Below, in pieces: positions 1 through 12,070 of a DNA stretch of 22,128 nt. The notes under the pieces were generated by a model, which saw only the letters and a program-made list of their open reading frames with translations, was not told where the DNA came from and ran no database searches. The DNA comes from Priapulus caudatus (taxonomy: Eukaryota). The translations under genes and the position numbers were made by a program. The stretch covers positions 304,019 to 326,146 of the forward strand of contig NW_014577063.1 in the NCBI RefSeq assembly GCF_000485595.1, written 5' to 3'. Each line of letters begins with the position of its first letter. Within the stretch, counting starts at the first letter, position 1.

Positions 1-443
1 TGCTTAGCTACCTGTACAGCCACGCATTCCACCATGTAGCTGGTTTTTGCACTGGTTATTTATTTCCATTTGATGTGAAACATTGGGCAAACATACCATT
101 AGGTGGTTGCTCTTCGTCACAGTTCTGATTGTTAGCCTATCTAGCCACGTATTTTTCTAGTCTGCACAAATGTGTATGCACCTACGTATGCTTAATGTTT
201 ATGCAAACACTACAGCAAAACACATGCCAGCATGGTAGTCGGTAAGGATCCACATACCATGCTTACAATGATATCATATTGTGTAAACTATATGAATCTC
301 CTCACGTGTGCACATTGCTCGTGTATTGTTGTTGGCTGTCATGCCCTCGTGATTGATATACCTTTTAGGTACGATGCAGAATCCGAGCATGCATCGCATG
401 CATTCGAGCATCTTTCCCGCCCCTATAACTGTTCCCTTCACCA

Positions 444-630
444 TCGTGCACGCACACGCGTATACGCACGCTCGCACGCACGCATTTACGTACACGAGCG
501 CACGTGCATATAACGCATCCGCATTTGTCCGCACGCATACTCAGATACACGCTTGCACGTAACACGCATGCGCCTTTTCTACATACATTCACGCACACGC
601 GCGCGCACATGTGCACGCATGCACGCACGA
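444..630. repeat. Degenerate (CA/CG/GCAC)n microsatellite
   Basis: Alternating purine-pyrimidine cacgca-type tract; accounts for the His/Thr/Arg and Cys/Val ORFs here. Confidence 0.8.
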
Positions 631-818
631 ATACGATCGCAACCGTCTCCCGTCACCATCTCGTACGTCATAGATCTACGTTAGCCGTTGGTTTCCTTCC
701 GCACACCGCGACACGCGGGAAGCTCGGGATTCCCGAGTTTGTGCCGGTGCGTTGCCCGGGGTGCGTCTGTCTGTCTGTCTGCATGAGTTCGCGCGTATAT
801 CTTGCCTGCCGCCCGCAG

Positions 819-965
819 CATGCAAGCACGCCTACGACAAGGGGGAGTGGAGCGCGTGCGACCCGGCGACGGGTGTGAAAACACGCGTCGACACCGTCAG
901 TGACGAGTATGAATATCGGTGCCCCGCTCTGAAAGAGAAATCCAAGGTGTGCGATAAGGACAAAG
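819..965 (+). CDS. Internal exon of a pleiotrophin/midkine (miple)-like gene; first visible PTN/MK C-type module
   Basis: Acceptor cttgcctgccgcccgcag| at 818 and donor AAAG|gtgcgt at 966; 147 nt, phase 1-1. Encodes CKHAYDKGEWSACDPATGVKTRVDTVSDEYEYRCPALKEKSKVCDKDK, matching the C-x(4-8)-W-x2-C..K-T-R..C..C pattern of PTN/MK C-terminal and miple domains. Confidence 0.85.
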
Positions 966-2139
966 GTGCGTGGTGTAAGTCCGCTGCTGCTCCTGCTGCA
1001 GCGGGAAGCCGGCGTGTGCCGAGTGGCGCCACCTACGTCCACGTTTTCTCACTGGTGGTTGGTTTCTGTCCGTGGTCGCCCTGTTCTGACAAAGGTGTCG
1101 GGTCACGGTGGGTGCTGTTGAATGTGTTGTAGAAAGTTGTAGAATAGCTGCAACAGTTAGAATGTGTAGATTAGTGCAGTTTAGAGCATGTATGTGGTAT
1201 AGTAGTAGAAATTCGGTATAAGATGTTATCCTGCTATCTGTCCACAACAAGTCTCATGCATTTTCTAACCCAGACAACGTGTAACTTACACGATGTTTGT
1301 GTAGAGAAATGCATGAAACCCTGTAGAAATTAACAGGAGTAAGCTGCGTTGGTGATGAATGATAAGTATTCGGGCTATATAATCCATGTTACCTATCACG
1401 TTCCCATAGTATTATTGGCTCCTATGTAAACACAAGGGGCCACTCCTTTTGTACTAGATACCCTAAATTAGTTGAGGACTCATAATTAAAAGGGTTTACT
1501 AACCCCAGTAATATATCTTGAATAAGTAAAGCTCACCACGATTTAAATAGTTTTGGTTAACATATAATATAGACGTTAGTAGTAACAACAATATAATTTT
1601 GATGGGAAGCAAATGTTTGCTACCGTAGTTTTATTATATAGATGGCCGACATGATCCAATAAAATAAGTGTAACTGTATAGTGAAATATGGTTGTACATG
1701 TTGAATGATGAATGTTATAATGTTTTCAATCACTATATAGGTTTAGATAATAAATACTGTATATACTTGCAAATTTCAGCCACCATGCAAATTATTTTTG
1801 GCGCCTCTACTGGCGCCGTTTTTACGCCCTCACGCGGCCGCTTATATAACTCATGAGATTGTGTAAGAAATTGCTTACGGTTTATTTAATTAGATGGCAT
1901 CTGTATTTCCTGAATGTGTATCTTGTATCCCACTGTTTTTTTCCACAAGGTAAGTAAATTAATCGGGTTTATTTTTAACGTATGACTTTCCAGAATACTC
2001 ACATATTTTTATACTCTAACACGGGTTTTGCATTCTCAGTTCGTCACTAATCCATTCGTCAATTCCCCCTTTCTGTACTTTTAATATTCGTCGGTTGAAA
2101 ATATATGTGTTGGATTTTCTTCTATTCCTTCACTGGCAG

Positions 2140-2307
2140 AGGGTACAATATCTATTGCAGGCCAGCGATGTGAGTACACAGGTGGAGAGTGGTCGGAATG
2201 CACTGTCGACCAGACGCGAACTCTTGTGATGACGAAGTCTGCTGGCCCTGAAACGTGCGCGCCAACGAAGATGAAGATAAAGAACTGTCTAGACAAGCAA
2301 GGACTAG
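2140..2307 (+). CDS. Internal exon of the PTN/MK-like gene; second module
   Basis: Pyrimidine tract ttttcttctattccttcactggcag| at 2139 (in-frame alternative acceptor ttgcag| at 2160); donor CTAG|gttagc at 2308; 168 nt, phase 1-1. Encodes (E)GTISIAGQRCEYTGGEWSECTVDQTRTLVMTKSAGPETCAPTKMKIKNCLDKQGL. Confidence 0.85.
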
Positions 2308-2387
2308 GTTAGCATTGATGGAAGTTAAGGACAAATTCTTAAAAATGGTACAATCGAATAGTTTAATGGCTTGACCTATACGTCTGA

Positions 2388-2660
2388 TACCCCGTATACA
2401 GACTACGAATTTGATATGGTACTAAACTAGCGCGTGCCAGACTCGCGCTAAATATTTGCAGTGTGTACACGCTATCCCGCTCCAAGTACGCGCTGGCCCG
2501 CTCCAAGTTGGCCCCGCAAATGAAGCAGGAGCAGGCCCGGGCTAACTTAGTCTGTACGGGGTATTAAAGTAGGATCAAATATGCAGTTTGTACGCTACCA
2601 TTTAGCGCGCGTCAGGCCCGGGCCTGGCCCTGCTATCAAACTCGTAGTCTGTACGGGGTA
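2388..2660. mobile_element. MITE, PIF/Harbinger-like, in a PTN-like intron
   Basis: TIR taccccgta(ta)cagactacgaatttgata / tatcaaactcgtagtctgtacggggta; 3-bp TSD TGA (2385-2387, 2661-2663); internal TIR copy agtctgtacggggta near 2549-2563; GC-rich palindromic interior. Confidence 0.8.
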
Positions 2661-3185
2661 TGAGTGAGAGAACCATGCACGCCCCTCTTTGATGAAAAAA
2701 TATTGTTGTTAGGTTGGTTAAGCTCACCCAGTTTGTAGGTGTACATACACATTTGCACCGCGGAATTTTTACTTCTAATTGACACTAATTCATTACTAAA
2801 CGTTGTTTTTTGAACGCTTAATTTAAACATGTGAGTGGCCAGAGCTGCTTGTAAATCTCAGCAGATGAATTGGCTGGATTGTAAAACACTGGTTTTGTTT
2901 TAAAGAGTTCTGTTGAACAAACAGCTCGAATTTAGCCAGGATAGGTGTGAAAGTAACGTGATGTTTAAAAATCAAACCTCAGTCACAATTGGTGCAAAAC
3001 TAATTGTAATGCACGGGTTCTAGCACAGGGTGTCTTAGTAACGGTTCCGATGTCACACTTGAGGGTTGATGGGTTATGAACGGTACTGATGTGGCACAGT
3101 ACAGGGTGCCGGGTTATTCGGTTCTGATGTACCAGAGCTTTAGGTGCATAGTGGTATCTAGAAACTAACCCAGTCTTTGCTGCAG

Positions 3186-3319
3186 AGCGTTGCCTGTTCG
3201 ACCAGTGGGGAGAGTGGTCGGAGTGTGTCGAGGGAAGACAGACGAGATCTCGCAACATTGTCGCTGGAGGAGATCGCTGCGGGCACAAGACCAGCAAGCA
3301 GCGACCGTGCAATATGTGA
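3186..3319 (+). CDS. Probable terminal coding exon of the PTN/MK-like gene; third module
   Basis: Branch-like ctaac (3165-3169) followed by tctttgctgcag| at 3185; phase 1. Encodes (E)RCLFDQWGEWSECVEGRQTRSRNIVAGGDRCGHKTSKQRPCNM*, with TGA at 3317-3319. Confidence 0.85.
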
Positions 3320-3587
3320 GAGGCAGTGCTACTTCTGCTGGAGAGTTGCATACGTAGTGGCCGTGACTGTAGAACTCCTTCCTTGGTATTACGCAAATGA
3401 AATAGCCGGATTAATGAAAACAAGTTTCGTATCTCATCTCTAGCATTACTCTAAATTTGGATGTAGATGGAAGGAACGAAAGTGGCTGGAACACCTATTT
3501 GTGGAAATGAAAAAAAAGGCGATTTGTGACATTTTTCAAAAACATTTGTATAAACAGTTCAGTTTCACTGTTCTCTTTTTTAAGAGA

Positions 3588-3615
3588 AACACACACATGC
3601 GCGCGCGCACATACA

Positions 3616-3662
<47 letters not shown>

Positions 3663-3900
3663 ACGCGCGCACGCGCGCGCACACACACGTACACGGGCGC
3701 ACACATGCCCACGCGCGCGCACACACACGCATACATGTATATACGTGTATATAATAATTATACACGTACGTACCTACGTACATACATACGTGTTTTATTA
3801 CACACATATGCACGCGTGCACACACACACAAATAAATATATATATATTATATTATATACACGTACGTACCTACGTACATACATACGTGTTTTATTACATT
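3588..3900. repeat. (CA)n/(CG)n microsatellite plus a roughly 44-bp direct duplication
   Basis: Pure (CA)n near 3619-3651; tatacacgtacgtacctacgtacatacatacgtgttttattaca occurs near 3759 and again near 3854. Confidence 0.9.
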
Positions 3901-5129
3901 GCTGGTCGTTTATAATCTCATATTTTATTTGTGGCGCTTCTTTCTGTTCCTATAGAATGCTATAGCCTGTTACCCGATGCTGATTTTGACTTGTTATTGT
4001 GATGGTTACCTTCCTTGTAGTCATAGCAACCACTAGATTTTCGTAAGTGCTTGGTAGAGTATTACAGTATTATAGTATACAAATGGCAGTGAGCAATATT
4101 ATATTTCGTGCGTGTTATAACATGAATTCTGCACTTTCTGAAGGACTGATTTGTGCGTGTGCACGTGCCGTACGTGTGTGGCTTGCAAGCGCTGTAATGG
4201 AAAACACGGACTCCATGTCTCTCTCCAATGGTCGTTTGTTAATTACATCTAGGCTGACTTTTGTCAAATTTGGTGTTTTTTTATTCGGAATGATTGGCTA
4301 CGACGAATAGTTTATAATCTTGCCACATCCAGTAATAGTAGTACTGATATATAAATGAAGTGTATTCCTTCTGAGAATCTAAAAATTGATACAACATCAC
4401 CATGAGGTTAGTGAAGGAATACACATTAAATAACAAATATAGAAGTTGTAAAGTTTTTTGACAAAATGTATGTCTTGATGGTTTGTGTCAAATCCCACAT
4501 CTGCAATAAAATTAGTCTCACTGCATAATAACTACGTTCCCATGGTGATCTGAACAACAAAGATCGTTACGTAGACACGTACACTTGTTTTTGCCTGACG
4601 TTGCTACTGAATAGTTCATGTTCTCCGGTCAAATCAAATTTCGCCACTACAACTGTGAGTTACTTAGTATATTTACTGTAATGGTGTTGTTAGGTATTGA
4701 GCCGACTTGTGTTGATCTTTCCAGTGTGCGCGACTGACGGAGCAAAGTTATTCACAGCGAATACTGGAATAATGCATTTTGTGAATTGTTTTTTTGTTGT
4801 TGGTTGTACATTCAGGAAGTATTTGTTCAGCGTCTTTGTCATTGCAGCAACTTTATACGCACCTGTTTTCAAAGTCATTCGTTGTATAATTGTATAATGA
4901 GCATACGTATATAATTTATATTAAATACATTCTATATGTATGTTTGTGCTTGTATTCATCCGAGCTTTTGCATGAAACCAGACAAACGGTACGCGTAATC
5001 AATTTTAAATGTATAGTAATAACCTTTTAAACGGACATCTGTAACCACAGATCCCACCGCGAAGTATTATATGTTGCATTAACTTTTATAAAATTTCAAT
5101 AAAGGAAAACATTGCAAAAATTACTATGT

Positions 5130-6095
5130 TATGAGTTTTTGTCTCCCATCTTTATATCTATATTCGGTAGGATACACTGATCTATATAATATACTAACGT
5201 ATATGATACCATATGATACAACACCTGACACTACTCCATCACACCTTTGCGACCATAATTATGAAAATATAAAGAACAACCTCAACGTAACCATCACACC
5301 CCATGCAGTATGGTGATGATATAGGTTGGATCATCATAGTAGTGTATCATCATATAGGACCGTATCATTTTGCACAATACTACAAAGACAATACCACCAC
5401 AGCTCAACAGCAGAAACATTTCCTGTAACTCGGACAAAACCGAGGAGTATACAATCAAAAGAGGGGAAGCAATAACTGGGGAAAATGTAAATACCTGGGC
5501 AGTCGTCTTGGAACTGAGGAAGACCTCATTGAAAGAAAACAAAAAGCTATATTAGCAATGAATGTTTGGAACAATATATGGCGTCACCATCGAATACCTA
5601 TCGCAAAGAAGTACCATCTATTCCTCTACAACTCCAAATTATGGTCTATAACTAAAGATCTTGCTGGTAGAATCGACTCTTTCCAACGCCGCCTTCTAAG
5701 GAGGGCCATAAACATCAGATACCCTCAGAAAATTAGTTCCGTCGCCCTGAAAGAACTACTCAATTTTACAGAATGGAGTGAAGTCATCAAAACACGTAGA
5801 ATTAGACTTTTTGGACATATCATGAGACTCCCCAAAAACACTCCTGTAAGGTTAGCACTCCGTGAAGCAGACAGAAAAGTAGATCAGCCAGCCGGTCGAC
5901 CAATTACTACCTGGCTGAGATTGATGAAGCTGCAGCTGGCAGACATGAACATCAACTGGGAGACTGCTGCTGAAGAAGCGAGTGATAGAGATAACTGGTG
6001 ACAACAGTGTAGAGGGCAATATCACAAGGGGGAGAGAGATCAGGATGTGCGTAGCACGGCTGCTAGTCAGCACGTGAAATGATGAGGATGATATG
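5130..6095 (+). mobile_element. Decayed 3' half of a non-LTR retrotransposon (RTE-like RT and C-terminus)
   Basis: Frameshifted remnants LSPIF.., QYGDD (YGDD at 5309-5320, YADD-type), KTEEY, CKYLGS, then IDSFQRRLLRR..RRIRLFGHIMR..GRPITTW..DRDNW; ends in a (TGA)n-like tail near 6077-6097. Confidence 0.85.
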
Positions 6096-6359
6096 ATACC
6101 ATGTATAGATCAGTGGTAGCACCTTGTATAATGATGTGATTGTATTGTGATATTTTTGATATATCCAGAGAGACATGATACAAGATTGCGAGGCACAGCT
6201 TTGCTGTTGATCTTAAGCGCTGTGCGCGGATAAGACGCGCAGTTCCACGGGATATGCGCACGCGACAGCGGGGATGTTCAAGTATGAAGCGCTGTCCGCA
6301 GTGGAGACGTGCGCCAAATTTGAGACCCGGCAAATATCACAGCGGATGGTCTGTAGTTT

Positions 6360-6830
6360 TAGAAGATGACAATGATTATATATGGACGATATTCTAGGAA
6401 TTGGAGATTATAAAACAGTAACAAAAATCGCTCAGCCATGCTCCAGATTAGCTGAATCAAAAAGATTAGAATTTAATATGAACAAAACAAATACAATGGT
6501 TATAAAATTCACCAACAAAGAAAGGATAGAGAAGGAGATATTAATAGGCAACCAAGTAATCAAAAAATGCACCAAATATTCATACCTATGGGATTTAATT
6601 AATCATATAGAAGGTTATAACGATATGATAAGAGTCCGAACTGAAAAATGTAGGTTCATGATGAGGAAAATATTATCATGGGCAGAAGAGCAAAATTATG
6701 GAAACCATACTATAGAAGCAAGAGTGAAATTATATGAATGCACAGTTTTACCTTCCTTCCTAAATAACAGTGAAACATGGACTTAATGGAAAAAGTAAAA
6801 GTGTTGGAGGATTTCGAAAATGAGTGCAAA
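6360..6830 (+). mobile_element. Second, distinct non-LTR RT fragment
   Basis: YMDD (6379-6390), KRLEFNMNKT, KYSYLWD (degenerate YKYLG), LYECTVLPSFLNNSETW; truncated at both ends. Confidence 0.8.
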
Positions 6831-7653
6831 ATAATAATCACGCAGAAAACGCAGAAAATGCATCGCATTGGCCCAAACTCCACGACAGATGGCGCTCTCG
6901 CTCATGGGCTCAATCTCTGAGTATCCTGAGTGTACGAAGGTGCTTTGCATGCAGTTTGGTATCGGCCTAGACTGGTACCTGGTCGACAGTTCCACGCGCT
7001 ACACTAACAGCGTCAGTATAGCGAAGGATACTTGCCGGAGGGAAGGTGGCGAACAGGTACCAGTCTAGCATCGGCCGGGCATTTCATTATTTACGAAAAG
7101 TAAACACAGTCGGTATAGGAACTGGTCACGTCGGTATGCCCCATTCATGCCCATCAACAAAGAAGGCGGGACTTATTCTGATTCCGGAGATGCAAAAATG
7201 CAACAGAAGTATGTAGCGCAGTGCGCTAAACGGCGTGTTATTTTCGTTTTTGTGCCAAACTCTATCGTAGGAAACCGTTCTAGCCTAGCAGAATGCCCTA
7301 GTTCCTGAGATCGGCGATTTGGTACCGTGATGGGTCCCCACCTATAAAAATTTCAAAGGGAGGTGCGGCGTAGGCTGTGATTGGAGGACACAAAGTGTCA
7401 ATCCTTGGCTCGCCTGATCGGCATCATGGCCGCATCACGTCTAGTAATTTTGCTATTTTTGAGTAATAAATGTGCTCAAAACGTGAATGGAGTGAGTTCT
7501 GTTAAGCGGCCCAATCAACAATGTGCAATTATTAGCATTAGAAACAGTCTGCAGTCTGTCTATGTTGTGCAATCTGCACGCAATTTTCCAAGTTGAATTA
7601 TTCAACACGATTTGCATTCATGTTACAACTTCAAAATGTTCTTTACATGGACA

Positions 7654-7659
7654 TTTATT
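7654..7659 (-). promoter_or_regulatory. Candidate polyadenylation signal of GFUS
   Basis: AATAAA on the - strand, about 555 nt downstream of the stop codon; common hexamer, not verified. Confidence 0.35.
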
Positions 7660-8214
7660 AACAAAAGATTTTCAAGTCTGCACTTTCCATGATTTCAGAA
7701 CAACCTAAAACAATATAATTCCTATATTCACTTGGCGATAATTTTGCATTACAAATGGTTTTGGTGTAACCAATCACCAAGATTATACGAGATCCCTACA
7801 CGTGTTAACGATCAATACTTCATTGCATTAATTTCACAAATGTTAGAAATAAAACTGGTAGTGCCATTAGCCGATTTTTGAATAAAAGCTACAAAGCACA
7901 TCCAACTGTCGAGTGCATTTTTGGATATGGGAGTGCTATCATAGTGACTCGCTGGTGGATTAAAATAGTATTTGGCATTGAGATTCACTGCAGTTGATGA
8001 CATATTAATTACTCCATTTATCAAACTCATCCCACCTAGTGAAGCAGCATATGTGCAAGCTTCAAATTGGATCAACCTCAAACCTTAGCTCGTAGGCAAC
8101 TGCCAAAAAGCACATGATAATTATTTACCAATTACAAGTTATCATGGTGCTCCATTATCCATTTATACTCGGTAATAAATGTTTGTCGGCTGAAGAGCAC
8201 TCCAGAATGTTCAA

Positions 8215-8270
8215 TCACTTGCGTGCCGTTTCATAGTTCTTCACAAACCAATCACATGACTCCTTCATTG
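8215..8270 (-). CDS. GFUS: GDP-L-fucose synthase, last coding exon
   Basis: tttcatacag|; (A)MKESCDWFVKNYETARK*, with TGA at 8217-8215. The exons sum to 954 nt = 317 aa plus stop, with no frameshift. Confidence 0.96.
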
Positions 8271-8417
8271 CTGTATGAAAAAATACATGAATGCTTAAAC
8301 ATTTTCATACCTTTATTTGGCTATACATCAAAGATAAAAAGAGCAATTTTTAGTGGCAATAAACGTGCATCCAGCATATAACATACAGCTTAGATAACAA
8401 GCTAATTAATGAAACTA

Positions 8418-8594
<177 letters not shown>

Positions 8595-8619
8595 TTACAA
8601 GGACTACTCATATAAGCCA

Positions 8620-10549
8620 CAGTGCTCGAAATAAGCGTTGTCCGGTTGTCCGAGACAACCAGAATTTGCGCCGGACAACCTAACCAGTCTGAGACATTGT
8701 CCGGTGGACAACCAAGAAACCGACTATCCCTAACGCCTATACAATTGGACTCCTAAACCGACTCGGCTATCTCTATATATACGCGTCGGTAGCCCGAATT
8801 TAATCTATGCGTGTTTTATAACGGCCTTTTGGCTTTCCCAATATTTTGCATCTGAACTGACACTCAATCCCCAACCAACTGGTGTCTCGCGCTCAAGCCG
8901 GCCACAATAATGTTCAGTTTCATTACTTCAAATCCTGATGTGCTTTTCGTAAGGCGTCATCAGAGAGAAATCTTAATCCGCTCCCCGAAGGTTAAATCGC
9001 GTGAATTAATCATAAAAGATATTGTGGACAGCCTGCGCTGATTTTCCAACGACTGCCGGTACTATGTCAGGTGTTTCTGGATTTATGCACGACCCGGTTG
9101 ACTCCGATTGCAGAACCAGGCAAGACTAGTGCTATGGGAATCGGCTGGAATGTTCATAATCGGATTATTTCGGTTTTCCTCTTAACGACTCGAATAAACG
9201 ATCTATTAAATCGGCACTAATCGGCTTAATAATTAGCATAGATTTAATAGTTAATCTTACTGTTGTGTATATACAATTATACATAGCCCATTCAATATTA
9301 TTCATTTTTTCTATGATCATGTATATAAGCTCTGTGAAAGGTTGCTGCTATGTATAGTCAATGTCTGTCCGTATACAGTATTAATTCAATTTCTAAAAAG
9401 ACAATGGCCTGTTAAATGTCTTTATTAAAACATCTAAAAGTTTTAATACAAACATGATCAACGACTTGCTCTTGTTTTTATCTATTAGTAACTAGTAAGT
9501 AAGCTTGCTTTGATGTTATCTAATACGTGCTAGGCCCTGTGTAGCCGAGTTAATGTCATAGTCAATTGGACAATACAACCTCTTCCATCACACAAAGTGC
9601 TAACAAACATACGGAGACGCGTAAGAAATCTCATCATCGCCCGATAACCATCTGCTGGACCAGTGTCACAAAACAAAACAAAGACGCATCGCTCCAATTC
9701 TGTCCCATGTCTATAATTACATAGTTGCCCGCCTCTGCAATTCAGACAGGACCTAATGATTAACAGTGATTCATTGATAGGTGCTTCTCTGGACTACACA
9801 CTGATTTCGCACTACTACTCTGCTACCATCACATGTCCATGTGCGATTTAATTAATTTTTTTTTTTATTTCATTTGTATTTTTGATAACTAACGATTATT
9901 TGTTTTCATAATCGCATTATCGAATTTGAGACTATAATTCGATCGATTTTCGGACTAATAATCGATCACTCGGGGACACACTATCATCAAACCCCAGCAA
10001 GTTTCTAAGACTTTCTGGAGGAGGACCGCCAGTACCCCCCCCCCGTATGCCTGCTTTTTCAGCATCACTCCTTCCTATGCGAATCCCTAAAACCCGCCGA
10101 CTGAACAATTACATATCTTGGGTTTGAGCAGAGAACAATGAACAAACAATGCCCGCCTTTTTTGGCATGTATGACAGAACTGAGAGCGTACGAGAGCGCT
10201 GTAGGCGCTGTGTGCGAGGAGCGCGGGCGCGGAGGCAGCCACGCCCTACAAGGATATTGACACCCCTCATCTATTTTGCCGCTAGTTCGCTGTTTTTGCG
10301 TCCCCCTTGTTAGGAAGAAGAGTCGCTCGGCTTATGGGCCCACTGTTTCTCTGGGTCCGTTTTCGATCGATCATTTATTATGGGTGAGTTGAATGAACGT
10401 ACGGAGCACTGCTTGTGGGCGGGCGGATAGTGGTCTGGTGGGACAACCGAGGATAATTTGGGTTGCGTTGAGCAGGACGCGGCGGAGTTTGATGCCCCGG
10501 GGCCGGTTGGTCCGCAGGGACAACCGGACAACGCTTATTTCGAGCACTG
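8620..10549. mobile_element. Non-autonomous hAT-like DNA transposon (1930 bp) inside the U12 intron
   Basis: Perfect 32-bp TIR CAGTGCTCGAAATAAGCGTTGTCCGGTTGTCC (8620-8651 / 10518-10549); 5-bp TSD AGCCA; subterminal GGACAACC repeats; no transposase ORF. Confidence 0.9.
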
Positions 10550-10998
10550 AGCCATACCTTGTGAGTCAGGCATCACTCTTCCATACAAATTTGGCTTTGT
10601 GTTTAGAATCGCCTATTTCGCTAATCACATACAGGTGATAGAATAACTTTCATGAATAACTGCACAATCAGAAAAAATATAGCCAAATGTAGTCTCACCT
10701 AACAGTGAACATGTTACTGATTATTTCAGTATAAAAATGACCATGAGTTTTATGGTATATAAAATAGCGAATAATGCAGCCACGTTCTTTCGTGTCATGA
10801 CAATTCCCTTGAAATTGGCAACCACCAGATAAAAGTGCATCTCATTTACTGATGTAGTGGTTCTAGACTAGTACAACATCTCTATTGCTTAATTCGAGTT
10901 AACATATTAACATGAGCGGGACGGGATTTCGAGAGAAACAAGTGTAACTAACTGCATTGATACAATGTAAACAAACGGATGTCAATCTTTGTATATAA

Positions 10999-11306
10999 GG
11001 CGTGTTCACACACAAGAAAAACCGCGCTGCTCATCCCGCTAATAGCGGAGATAATAGTGAGCTAATTGTGTCGTTGTTCACACAGGCGGAAATATCTCGC
11101 TAATCGCCGAGCGGGATAACACGCCGCGGTGCAAATAAGCGCGCTTATTCCAAATTAGCGCAGTCGGAAGTGTTCTTTGCAGCGCGCTATTTTGAGCGCG
11201 ATTTAGTGAGCTAATTGCGTTCACACTTGTAAAAAGCTCGGTTTTTCGAGCGGGCTGCAAAAACCGGGCTTTGCAGCCCGCTAATTCGCGCCAGTGTGAA
11301 CGCACC
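10999..11306. mobile_element. PIF/Harbinger-like MITE inside the U12 intron
   Basis: Imperfect TIR ggcgtgttcacac / gtgtgaacgcacc; flanks taa / tat (TWA-type target, imperfect); internal repeats of gttcacac and palindromes such as cgggctgcaaaaaccgggctttgcagcccg. Confidence 0.7.
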
Positions 11307-11397
11307 TATTTTTGTGAAAATAACGATGTTCTGAGACAATTAGCCTTAGGTTTGAAATAATTAGTTGAAGTGCTGCCACCTGTGCAGTAAAGGATAC

Positions 11398-11477
11398 AAC
11401 CACTTGTCCCTTGAAGTCCATTGCTTCAACAACAGTCATTGCTGCATCTTTTATAGACAACTCAGCCTCTTCATTAA
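11398..11477 (-). CDS. GFUS: GDP-L-fucose synthase, coding exon 6
   Basis: tttcttacag| ... |GTATCCTTT; 80 nt; (V)NEEAELSIKDAAMTVVEAMDFKGQVV; frame is consistent with the flanking exons. Confidence 0.95.
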
Positions 11478-11994
11478 CTGTAAGAAATTATGTTACATTA
11501 ATAATCAGGTACATGGAATGAGTACAACGCATTTGGATGCTTGTTATTGTGATTAGCAGCATCTGTTAAGATTGCATCTGTAAGATTGCATTGCATATAG
11601 ATGAGATTGCATCTGTTAAGATATTGGTTAAAGTCACCTCAAAGATCTCTACATCAATATAAACAGTTCCAAGTTATCAGTCAGAAACGTGTTTTAATAG
11701 GAACCACCTATAAACATGACCGATTATGAGACCAAGCAAGTCATCAGCAGCCCCAAAACAAGCTAGGGCCTGTGGCGATATGTACAGTATTGATATACGA
11801 GCGCCACCTATGGACGAGTATTGTACTGTTCCTATAATAAATCAGTTGTTGTTACACGCCCGCCATCTTTGGTTGTTCTCCACGTTATAGGGCCCATTCA
11901 ACAGGGCATGGAAAAGCAAGAAACTGAAATATTGTAGTAAATAAGTATTGAGATATTCCAGCAACAATAGAAAAAGACATGTCGCATTGCCTAT

Positions 11995-12018
11995 AACACA
12001 TACATGCACCCACGCACA

Positions 12019-12070
<52 letters not shown>

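Noticed and set aside
232..880. His/Thr/Arg-rich and Cys/Val-rich ORFs on both strands, and a possible small exon ending at 241 (G|gtaagg)
   Set aside because: The ORFs are microsatellite translations. Candidate exons 216-241 and 231-241 are not frame-preserving, and ATG 232 gives no signal peptide.
3495..3965. ORFs of 77-154 aa with HT and CV repeats
   Set aside because: Artefacts of (CA)n in the probable 3'UTR or downstream region.
5558..6786. 147-aa and 134-aa ORFs as host genes
   Set aside because: They are frameshifted LINE reverse-transcriptase remnants.
6832..7742. Possible second Helentron-like element (GC-richer block with AGATGGCGC and a terminal ggcgataat)
   Set aside because: The subterminal inverted match is only about 5 bp and the boundaries cannot be fixed.
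8914..8963. C/D-box snoRNA-like TGATGA...CTGA on the GFUS sense strand
   Set aside because: Too short, has no terminal stem and lies within a transposon.
11800..11816. CTCF-like motif (CCATAGGTGGCGC on the - strand); weaker ones near 1801 and 6885
   Set aside because: Short imperfect matches that are common in repeats, with no supporting evidence.
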